A stretch of 64,000 bases of DNA, taken from the human T2T-CHM13v2.0 reference genome, Homo sapiens. The DNA lies in the NCBI RefSeq assembly GCF_009914755.1, contig NC_060931.1; one strand, 5' to 3'. The translations under genes and the position numbers were made by a program. This document shows, one piece after another, positions 28,525-40,520 of this stretch. The notes beneath the pieces are model-generated. The model searched no databases. It was not told the origin of the DNA and worked only from the letters and a program-made list of their open reading frames with translations. The first letter of the stretch is position 1, and every line of letters starts with the position of its first letter.

Positions 28525-28688
28525 GGCCGGGCATGGTGGCTCACACCTGTAATCCTAGCTCTCAGGGAGGCAGAGGCGGGAGGATAGCTTGAGCCCAGGA
28601 GTTCAAGACCTGCCTGGGCAATATAGCGAGACCCCGTTCTCCACGAAAAGGAAGAAAAAAAAAGACAAAAAAAAAAAAATAAGCGTAA
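28525..28688 (+). pseudogene. BCYRN1: BC200 (BCYRN1) RNA retrocopy
   Basis: Alu monomer with BC200-diagnostic bases (GCTCTCAGGGAGG, GGATAGCTTGAG, GACCTGCCTGGGCAATATAGCGAGACCCCGTTCTCCA), the A-rich domain (AAAAGGAA..AAAAGACAAAA) and the start of the unique domain AATAAGCGTAA. Perfect TSD TAATAGAGACAACAGCTT at 28507-24 and 28686-703. Confidence 0.93.
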
Positions 28689-29032
28689 TAGAGACAACAG
28701 CTTATAGGCTACATACACAGCAGTATTCTCTGTTTCTCCTCAACCTCAGTAAAAGCTAATCTACCTCATAGGGCTGTCATGAAGATCAAATGTAGTCAAT
28801 ATAAAAAAAATTCATGTAAGATGCTTAGTACAATACATGGTATATTACAAGTACTCAAAGCATTTTAACTTAAAAATTACCATTTGCATGTATTCTAACT
28901 AGATGTCTTTCTTAATGTTTCCATAAAAGATTCCATATATTGATTCAAAATTAACAAATATCTTTTCATTTCTAGAAACCCTGTGTTTTCTCCTGATCTG
29001 AATGGCATGTCATTTTAGAATTCTTATTGTGA

Positions 29033-29660
<628 letters not shown>

Positions 29661-30026
29661 TGATCTTAGCTTCTTAAAAAATCAGAAGTGTTTTAGGTAG
29701 TGGTATCTTCCAAAAATGTCATTATCAGAAAGAAAGACATTTTTAAAAACCCACAACATTTTTATTCCTTGCACTTAATTTTTTGGCCTCTAACTTTGGG
29801 AGATGAAAATAATCTCTCTGAAGAAAAAATAAACTACCAAAGGTCTTATTATAAATCCTACTTTTAAGATCTGGGTAACACTGTTTAATAATAGCATAGC
29901 AGCTATCCTTTATTGAGCTATTACTTGCCCAGTACAATATGCAATCTACATATTTCCTCTACAGTCTTCACTTCTATGCTAAACAAATTGTATTATTCTA
30001 CAATTTTATAAAGAAACTAAGACTCA

Positions 30027-30367
30027 GGCCGGACGCAGTGGCCCACACCTATGATCCCAACACTTTGGGAGGCCGAGGCAGGCAGATCACTTGAGGCTAG
30101 GAAAACAAGACCAGGCTGGCCAACATGGTGAAACCCCGTCTCTATTAAAAATACAAAAATTACCTGAGCGTGGTGTCATGTCTGTAGTCCCAGCTACTCA
30201 GGACACTGGGGCAGGAGGATTGCTTGAACTGGGGAGGCGGAGGTTGCAGTGAGCCGAGATGGCACTACTGCACTCCAGCCTGGGTGACAGAGTGAGACCT
30301 GTCTCAAAAAAATAAAGCAAAACAAAACAAACAAGCAAAAAAACCCATACTCACCAAAAGAAAAAAA
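30027..30367 (+). mobile_element. Alu (AluS/J) inserted in a MIR
   Basis: Full dimer with a degenerate A/C tail. TSD-like AAACTAAGACTCA/AAATTAAGACTTA. Confidence 0.92.
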
Positions 30368-31009
30368 AAATTAAGACTTAGAGAACTTAACTTGCTAGCA
30401 AATAACCAAGCCAGAATTCACACTCAGTGCTTCCTGACTTTAAGTTTCTTCCCATGATGCCATTCTGCCTCAAACCAGACAGCCAATCTCCTTAAGAAGA
30501 CAACAATTTTTTATCAAAATATTTTGACATTAGTGAATTAACCAAGTATGCCACTTGTCTGACTGTGCAAATCCTTACCAAGGAAGCAAAGTGGAAAAAA
30601 AAATTGAGGAAATTCCAGACAATGGAAACACAATAGGCAAAAAGACATTTCAGTTTTATCTGGAGAACATATGAAAGGAGCAGCAGTGATCACAGAGAAC
30701 AAGCTGGAAACACTTCCTTGTGAGTGATGGTATTCTGTTTCCATGGTAACTAGACATGGCAGAGGAAGTCAATGCCTCGTTTCTGTTTACTCAATCTGTA
30801 TGAGCTCAGTGTATACGACAGGGCAGTTTTCAACAAAGAATAATTCAGTGAGACAGCCCTGATCATGTCACCCCTGCCTAAAAACTTTCCAGGATTCTTG
30901 GCTAAGTGCAGGACGCCTCGTGGGCATAGGAGGTCCTCTACTCAGCCAGTCTCATCTCCTGCTCTCTACAGTTCCGTCTCTATGCTCTGGTCCATTCTGA
31001 CATGCACCC

Positions 31010-31170
31010 AATCCGGGCTGCATATTAGAGTCACCTAGGGAGCTTTAAAAATATACAGATGTCTGGGCTTCACGAACCCCAGGGATTCTGATTTGATGAT
31101 CTGGGGTAGGGTCTTAAAATCTCTCCAGGTAATTAGAAAGCACAGCCGGGATTGAGAAGATCACTGATCT
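31010..31170. mobile_element. MER5-family fragment
   Basis: GGCTGCATATTAGAGTCACCTAGGGAGCTTTAAAAATATACAGATGTCTGGG..GATTCTGATTT. Confidence 0.7.
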
Positions 31171-32027
31171 AATCAAAGAGGATTCTAAAAACTACTTCAT
31201 TCTCCTGACTCTACACTTTATACTAACGCCCTTCCTTTCTCCTGAAAGATCTTTTCTCTCTCCTCCCCTTTCACCTTCTCTGGCCAACTATACCTTTTAA
31301 ATTCTTTTCATCTTGTAAAGTGTTTCTCCAATGCCTTGAAGCTTTTCTTAATTCCCCGTCCTCTTTTTAGTTGAACATAGTATCTCTTTCATTTAAACTT
31401 TAAAAATGTGTTTTTACCCCTCTTATAGCATTTATATTTCCTATCACTACCTCCTCTCACCCTTCTCTATGAGCAAGGACTAGGTTTTGCAGATTTCTTG
31501 ATATACTAAAGGCTCAATAAAAAATTAAATACCTGTATTTCAAAGGTTGCAAAATATCTGTCTTTGGAGAAAAGAGTTAATATCCTCCATTTCTGATGAT
31601 GCTTGAATTGAGTTCAAGACTGGGCCCAAAGTCCATCCCCTAATAGTGAGAATGCTTATTTTAGAGCCTGCAAGCCCCCCGGTATTGTATTAGAATGGTG
31701 TATGGGCTTGGGTGCATTATTTTCAGGAGAGTTTCCGTAGCTTTAATAAGACTCTCAAAGTTACCCATCTATGATTCATTAACATGTTAAAGCTACTATC
31801 CTACAAGATGAATCTTCAGAGGCTCAGTGCTCAGTGGTGACAGTGGCCTTGATTTGACACTGTTTACTGGACACTAACCTTCCATTTCTCTTTCTGCCAT
31901 AATTTTAGGCCACTTCACCTCCATTTAGGTTGAATGCCTTCATGAAAATGTTAGTACTCCAAAGACTAATCGAGAATAACACCTATCATTTGGATGATTA
32001 AATATTTTTAAATGAAAAATAAAATTA

Positions 32028-32330
32028 GGCCAGGAGTGGCGGCTCACACCTGTAATCCAAACACTTTAGGAGGCCAAGGTGGGCAGATTGCTTGAGCCCA
32101 GGAATTCAAGACAAGACTGGCCAACATGGCAAACCCCATCTCCACAAAAAGTACAAAAATCTAGCTGAACGTGGTAGTGCACGCCTGTAGTCCCAGCTAC
32201 TTGGGAGGCTGAGGTGGGAGGATCGCTTGAGCCCAGGAGGTTGAGGCTACAGTGAGCTGTGATCATGCCATTTTAGTCCAGCCTGGGCAACAGAGTGAGA
32301 CCCTGTCTTTAAAAAAATAAGAAGAAGAAA
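32028..32330 (+). mobile_element. Alu (AluJb-like)
   Basis: TTGCTTGAGCCCAGGA, GAGGATCGCTTGAGCCCAGGAGGTTGAGGCTACAGTGAGC, A-tail. Confidence 0.93.
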
Positions 32331-33226
32331 CAAAATTAAAGGTACTTTTGTTATTGGCTCAGAAAAATGTGAATTCCCATCTTGGTTAGGTGATAAATGC
32401 ATAGTGTCTTTGCCACCATTGACCACCACAGAGAAAAGTGCTCATATGCATGTGTATGTTGTGTGTGTTTTGTATGAGTATTTTAGCAAAATGTGATTTT
32501 TCTTAGACAAAAAAATTGCCAAAGGCCTGGTTGTCTGCAAAAGGAATAAAATTCATTTCGGCAGGCCACCTCTGAGTTTCTTAGGTTTCATTATTTGCTG
32601 CTGAAATATTTGAGACTAAAACAACAACAATCAAAACATGACTTAGTAGCTGTTCGAAGTAATTTTTCTACTTCTGGGCACAAAATAGCCAGAAAAGCGT
32701 CTGTCTTCTCAATTGAACTGATTTGTAATTCTAGAATGTAAGAGGAAAAAACTGGAAGGACCTCCACTTAAATCTGTAATTTTGGTAATTCTGAAGTAAC
32801 GTGACACAAGGAATTTTGATCATTGCTCAGTTCAGCCTGGGGGAATCTCCTTTCAAGGAATGAGAAATGCTTGGGAGAAGTCATTGGAGGAAGCTGCAAT
32901 TGGGGTTTGACCTGAATAAATTGAAATAGAACATGGGAGATATTACCTAGTGAGCCTAGTAGAAATTAGCAAGCTGAAGATAAGAGTTAGCAGTATATAT
33001 ATTCACATATATATGGCTGTATACTCAAAATTGTTGCAAAGTGTGAACATCAGACTTAATCAAATGACATGCTGATATGCCTCCTTATAAAAAAGGGTTG
33101 GCATTAAAATTCAGAATTTTCAAAATACAAAAATTAGAAGGTGATTACTCACGTTTTTAAAAGAACTCTTTGCCTTAAAAAGAATCTACCACATTATTCC
33201 ATTCAAATTACCCCTTATAGAAACGA

Positions 33227-34490
33227 CTTCCTGTTCAATAAATAGTTCTGGGACAACTGGCTTATCATATGCAGAAGACTGAAAATGGACTCCTATGTTA
33301 CACCATACACAAGAATCAACTCAACATGGATTAAAGACTTAAATGTAAATTACAAAACTATAAAAGCCCTGAAAGTTAACCTAGGCAATACCATTCAGGA
33401 CAAAGAAACTGGCAAAGATTTCATTTTCATACCAAAAACAATTGCAAAAAAGCAAAAATTGACAAATTGGATTAAACTTAAGAGTTTCTGCACAGCAAAA
33501 GAAACCATCCACAGAGTAAACAGAAAACCTACAGAATGAGAGAAAATATTTGCAAACTATTCATCATCTGACAAAGGTCTAATATCCAGTATCTATAAAA
33601 AAACTTTAACAAATTTACAACAACAACAACAACACCCCATTAAAAAGTAGGCAAAGGACATGAATAGACACTTTTCAAAAGAAGACATACATGTGGCCAA
33701 TAAGCATATGAAGAAAAGCTCAACATCACTGATCATGAGAGAAATGCAAATCAAAACCACCATGAGATAGCATCTCACACCAATCAGAATGTCTATTATT
33801 AAAAGGTCAAAAACTAACAGATGCTGGCAAGGTTGCGGATAAAAGAGAATGCTTACACACTGTTGGTGGGAGTGTAAATTAGTTCAACTGTTGTGGAAAG
33901 CAGTGTGGCAATTCCTGAAATAGCGAAAAACAGAACTACCATTCAATCCCCTTACTGATATATCTGATGTAATAAATCATTCTCCCATAAAGGCATATGC
34001 ATGTGTATGTTCATTGCAGCACTATTCACAATTGCAAATATATGGAATCAACCTCAATGCCCATCAGTGGCAAAGTGAATAAAGAAAATGCGGTGCATAT
34101 ATACCATGGAATACTATGCAGCCATAAAAAGAATGAGATTATGTCCTTTGCAGGAACATGGATGAAGCTGGAGGCCATTATCCTTAACAAAAATGCAGGA
34201 ACAGAAAGGCAAATACCACATGTTCTCACTTTAAGTGGGACTTAAATGATGAGAACACATGGACACATAGAGGGGAACAACAGATACTGGGGCCTCCTTG
34301 ACGGTGGAGGGTGAGAGGAGGAGGAAGGGAGAGGATCAGAAAAAGTAACTATTGGGTACTAGGCTTGGTACCTGAGTGAGAAAGTAATCTGTTCAACAAA
34401 CCCCTGTGACACAAATTTACCCATATAAAAAACCTTCAGATGCACCACTGTACCTAAAATAAAAGTTTAAAAAATAAATAAAATTAAATT
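33227..34490 (+). mobile_element. L1PA/L1PB-type 3' fragment (older primate L1), 5' truncated
   Basis: ORF2 C-terminal peptides ([46 protein letters not shown]), followed by 3'UTR and A-rich end. Confidence 0.93.
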
Positions 34491-34539
34491 AATGAAATGC
34501 TCTTTAAAGTATGTTAAAATTGCCATTTGGTTAATTTCA

Positions 34540-34710
34540 GAGGTTCTCACACTTCAGTGTGCATCGCAGTCACCAGAAAGGTATGTTAATAAAAATTAGG
34601 TTGCTCAGCCCCCACCCTCAGAATTTCTGATTCAGAAGGTTTGGGATGGATCCCTAAAATCTGCATTTCGAACAGGTTCTCTGGTCTGGGCACCAGTTTG
34701 AAAACTGTTG
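34540..34710. mobile_element. MER5A
   Basis: GGTTCTCACACTTCAGTGTGCATC..TTTCTGATTCAG..ATCTGCATTT. Confidence 0.75.
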
Positions 34711-34797
34711 GTTTATTAAAATTCTTCCTGAACGTAGTTTATTAGAAAAAAATCTATGATGTAACAGGAAGTAAACCTACAAGTGATTTTTAGTGGA

Positions 34798-35185
34798 TGT
34801 GATGTGCTGAATTGTGTATCCCCCAAATTTCATATGCTGAAGTCCTCATCCCCAGTACCTCAGAATGTGACTGTGTTTAAAGATAGGGTCCTTAAAGAAG
34901 TAATTAAGTTAAAATGAGGTCATTAGAGTGGGCCTTCATCCAACATATGACTAGTGTCCTTATAGGAAGGGGAAATTAGGACCCAGGCACACACAGAGGA
35001 AAGCCCATGTGAAAAAAACAGGGAGAAGGTGGTCATCTACAAGCCAAGGAAAGAGGACTCAGAAGAAACCAGCCTGCTGACACCTTCTCTTGGATTTCTA
35101 GCCCCAAGACTACGAAGAAATATATTTCCGATGTTTGATCTCCCTAGTCTGTGGTCCTCTGTTATGGGTCTAGCAAGCTAATACA
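34798..35185 (+). mobile_element. MLT1B solo LTR
   Basis: TGAATTGTGTATCCCCCAAA..CCCAGTACCTCAGAATGTGACTG..CAAGCCAAGG..CTAATACA. Confidence 0.87.
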
Positions 35186-35816
35186 GATTGTGGGCTTCAA
35201 AATAAAATAGCTATTTAGAAAATGTATTCAACGGTTTTGCGTTTGGTCTAAGGGTAAAAATCAAAAGTGATAGTAAAGTAAGAGAAGCAAACAGAGTAAA
35301 ATGCACTCTTAACCTCTGCTTCATGTCCACTTTTGCCTTTGTAGATGTCTCTGGGCATCTGGGCTTGGAGGAGATACCTGAATTTATGTTTAATCAGGGG
35401 ACACTATTGGTGTCAGGTTGGTTCACAAATGTGGGAGAATAAGAGAGCTACATGGAAAGGAAGAGTCCATATGAACAGAATGAAGTGTGTGGCCTAGGGA
35501 GAGTTTTAATGTTCTTGCATATTCAGTGTCTTTATGAATAGTATACCAAATATACAGGGGTTATAAATTGGGGGAAAGGGAGCATGATGCAGAGTGTGGG
35601 TGAAGAGTGTGTTTTATTTGGTCTGCTCACTGTTTGCACAATTTGAAGTTAAATGATTTGGGGTGTGTACTCTATCCTCACTCCTCCTTTGGTCACATAT
35701 CCACCTTCTTCACGCATTTGTTCTGCCTGGTCTCTAGATGCCTTTCAGTGGGTGACCCCCAATTTCAAGTATCCTATAGTGGTTATTGTCCCCTACACGG
35801 TACATGTTAGTTGTAA

Positions 35817-36709
<893 letters not shown>

Positions 36710-38025
36710 TGAGGAGGCCCAATACCATTTCATGAGTGAGTCAGAAGGTGAAATCCACAATCACTTGCTTTTATGCTTTGCTCAAAGTGGCAGGCTCCAT
36801 GGCCTCTTAAAAAAATTGCCATCTTTTTATTATAAAGTAATAAATAAATTGCAAATTCTGCCATAAACTCTTTCCTCGTGACCTTTCTTAAATTTGTTTT
36901 CTTTTTTCTTCATTTCTTAATAAGTCTTTATATATTTTGGCACAGTAAGCTTTGAAAAGGGAGGGTTAAAAATAGCTTCCTGGTTTCAGCTACCAAACAC
37001 AAGCATGTTTTGGAGCTCTCCCACAACAGGCTGATTTCCAAAGAAACACACATTTATTCATCCTGAAGGGCTGTGATGTTGAGGAGTCAGACAAAAAATT
37101 CAACTATTATGTGAAGACAGTTTGAGAAATATAAATAAGGGAGTGCTTTCACTAGCACTTGCAGTATGGATTTGTGACTCAAGAAAGTCCTGTTCATGTG
37201 TTTCTTCATTTTTTCCCTGGGTTTCCATAATCAGAGAAGGGAAGGACAGGAAAGCATGTGATATTTATATAGCAGAAATGATACTATATTAAAGGGTTTC
37301 TTTAGGTGTTAAACAGTTTGGCTTGCAAACGTCTAGACTTTTTTAAATATCTAAAAATGACAAATCTTAAACACCACTCCCAATAACTTCCTTAAAATTT
37401 GATATAAGAAATGTTGCCTGGGCTTTATAGTCCCATAATTGCTTGGCTGAGAACATGTGCCTTACTCCTGTTCCTATACAAGGTCCATCATCTTGCTGGC
37501 ACTCCATGAATGTCAACTACCAAGTGTACAGATTTAGGTATCAAAGACTGCTGATGATGCAAAACCTAGAGATCTAGGAAATACTGAGGAATAATGCAGC
37601 CAGACTCAAAAGGTTTGTTTCTTTGAGCTGCCAGAGCTAGTAATGTAAGTGGAAAATATAGTTAATATAGACAGATGTCAAACAAAGCCAAGTGGAAAGA
37701 ACAGGAAACAAAAATATTAAATGAAACAGTAGAGTGTGCTTACTGGGTTGGGACTTGGAGAATTGGGTTTGGAATCTCTTTGCAGTCTGCCCTGTGAAAG
37801 ACTGAAAGAAAATTTTGAAGTGATGTGAAAATTTATTCGGTTCCTCAGTGGATAACCCTTTCCCAAACAATGAGAATCTCTGATGAAGCCTCTGCTGTTA
37901 CTTATGAAGAAATTTGATAACTATTTAACATGTTGATATTATACTACTATCAAGTGATATTGTAAATACCTGCCCTTCCCTCATCCACCCATGCAAAGCA
38001 TCCTGGAACATCCCAGATTATTAGT

Positions 38026-38361
38026 TGCTGTAGTCCATCTAGAATGCTATAATGAGACACCATAAACTGGGTAGCTTATAAATAACAGAAATTTGTGTCT
38101 CACAATTCTGAAGGCTGGAAAGTCCAAGATCAAGATTCCAGGAGACTTGGCACCTGGTGAAGCCTGGCTTTCTGGTTTATAGAAAGCATCTTCTCTGTCT
38201 CCTGATATGATAGAAGGGGCAAGGGATCTCTCTAGGGTCTCTTTATAAGAGTACCAATCCCCAGTTATCTCCCAAAGGACCTACATCTAATACCCTCACC
38301 TTGGGGGTTAGGATTTCAATACCTGAATTTGGGGGGGGACATAAACATTTAGTCTATTGTA
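38026..38361 (-). mobile_element. MLT1A0-like solo LTR
   Basis: TAGTCCAT..CTGGGTAGCTTATAAATAACAGAAATTT..AAGTCCAAGATCAAG..GGGGGTTAGGATTTCAA. TSD TTAGT/TTAGC. Confidence 0.87.
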
Positions 38362-38450
38362 TTAGCACTGCAAGCATAGGGTGTAAGAGTGTGTATCTTC
38401 TTTTCAAACTTAGGAATTAGCTATTTCTTCATAGATTCTTCTAGTTAGTA

Positions 38451-39723
38451 ATAGGTTGGTGCAAAAGCAATCACAGTTTAAATTTTAAATCATTATAACT
38501 AGGCTCAAACACATCTTTATTAATTAAAATAGGAACCATTACAATCAACACATTTTTGCCAACTGGAAATAAGTTTGTTTATTCCTGTAGCATAAAAATC
38601 TGTGCTTCGGGATTCAATGAACTCTTGGAAAGCATTTTCTGCATCCTGCTGGTTGTGGAAACATTTTCCATGTAAAAAGTTGTCGAGATGCTTGAAGAAG
38701 TCAGTTGGTGAGAGGTCAGGTGAATATGGCAGTTGAGGCAAAACTTCTTAGCCCAATTCGTTCAACTTTTGAAGCATTGGTTGTGTGTTGTGCAATGAGT
38801 GGTCAGGCATTGTTGTGGAGAAGAATTGGGCCTTTTCTGTTGACCAATGCCGGCTGCAGGCATTGCAGTTTTCAGTGCATCTCATCGATTTGCTGAGCAT
38901 ACTTCTCAGATGTAATGGTTTCACCGGGATTCAGAAAGCTGCAGTGGATCAGACTGGCAACAGACAACCTAACAGTGACCACGACCCTTTTTTGGTGCAA
39001 CTTTGGCTTTGGAAAGTGCTTTGGAACTTCATCTTGGTCTGACCACTGAGCTGGTCATCGCTGGTTGTTGTATAAAATTCACTTTTCGTCACATGTCACA
39101 ATCCGATGGAGTATAGTTCATTGTTGTTGAGTACAATAAGAGAAAATGACACTTCAAAATGGTGATATTTTCAATTTTCACTCAGCTCACGAGGCACCCA
39201 TTTATCAGCTTTTTCACTCTTCCAATTTGCTTCAAATGCCAAACAACCATAGAATGGTCCATGTTGAGTTCTTCGGCAATTTCTCATGTGGTTGTACGAG
39301 GATCAGCTTCGACGATTGCTCTCAATTGGTCATTGTCAACTTCCGATGGCTGGCCACTATACTCCTCATCTCAAGTCTCCTGTCTCCTTTGGAAAACTTC
39401 TTGAACCACCACTGCACTGTACATTCATTAGCAGTTCCTGGGCCGAATGCGTTGTTGATGTTGTGAGTTGTCTCCACTGCTTTACGACCCATTTTGAACT
39501 CGAATAAGAAAATCATTCGAATTTGCTTTTTGTCTAACATCATTTCCATTGTCTAAAATAAATATAAAATAAACAGCAAGTAATAAGTCATTAGCAAAAA
39601 AAAAGTGAGAAATGGCCATTAAAGTGATATATAACATAACTACATTTATTTAAGAATGTATTCCAATATCACACAGCAAATTTCAACAATGCAAAAACTG
39701 CAATTATGTTTGCACCAAGCTAA
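38451..39723 (-). mobile_element. Full-length Hsmar1 mariner transposon with disrupted transposase (39549 to 38520)
   Basis: TIRs ATAGGTTGGTGCAAAAGCAATCACAGTT and AACTGCAATTATGTTTGCACCAAGCTAA, with TA on both sides. Peptides MEMMLDKKQIR..MGRKAVETTHNINNAFGPGTANE and PYSPDLSPTD..WQKCVDCNGSYF. Confidence 0.96.
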
Positions 39724-40249
39724 TAGTATCCTGTCTTATGCCACTAATTACCTTAGGGCTGAGTGAAAGCGGGGCCTGCTAGCCCTGATGATGGACCCTC
39801 AGTTCAGAGTCAGCTTGAGAGGGAGGCAAGAGAAACCATCTTCTCCACCTTTCCCCTCCTAGGGCAGTTATCTGAGAGAAGAGCCGGCAGAAGGCATTTA
39901 GCCTTCAGTCTGTGAAGTGTTGGTGCTGGACAAATTATAGCAGAAGCTGGGCTGCTACAGAGTAACTAGGGTTGGCAATAGCTTGCTTGTTGATAGCCAC
40001 TTTCTTAGGCAAGTCCAGACACAGTATATAGCGGCTTCAGGTGGGACTAGAACATCCCTGCAGCACCATCTGCCCAGGCTTGCTCGGTGAAGAGCCCTGA
40101 GCCCTAAGCCCTAAATCCTAAGGTGGTGTCAGTTTAGCTTAAAGGAAGGTGGTCTTCTTGGAGAAATGTGCCAAGCTTGAGAGCGTCCTAAACATCATGG
40201 CAAAATATGAGGCAAAAGGGTAAACTGACGAGGATTGTTAACACCAACA

Positions 40250-40520
40250 TTACTAATAATGCGTGCTTATATTACTTAATGTTTCTATTTGCTAGATATC
40301 AAGCCTTAACACTGACTACTTTAAATTCAGTGTTTCATTGAATCCCCTCAGCAACTTTATGAGTTAAGTATTATTACTATTCCTATTTTCAGAGAAGATA
40401 ACTGACAAAAAGAGAGTAAGAAGTTTGCCTAAAGTTACAGTTATTAAACATTTAGAATTGGTTTCACACACAGCTCAGTCCGACTCAGAATCCCATACTC
40501 TTTCCCCTAAACTATGCCAC
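40250..40520 (-). mobile_element. MIR
   Basis: TATTATTACTATTCCTATTTTCAGAGAAGATAACTGA..TTGCCTAAAGTTACA. Confidence 0.6.

Noticed and set aside
33285-34245. Active L1 ORF2
   Set aside because: 5'-truncated, with multiple stops and frameshifts.
38520-39549. Functional mariner transposase or a SETMAR gene
   Set aside because: The frame is broken into pieces and there is no SET domain; it is a dead Hsmar1 copy.
40093-40120. GCCCTAA repeats resembling telomeric sequence
   Set aside because: Only 3-4 imperfect 7-bp units, not a (CCCTAA)n array.
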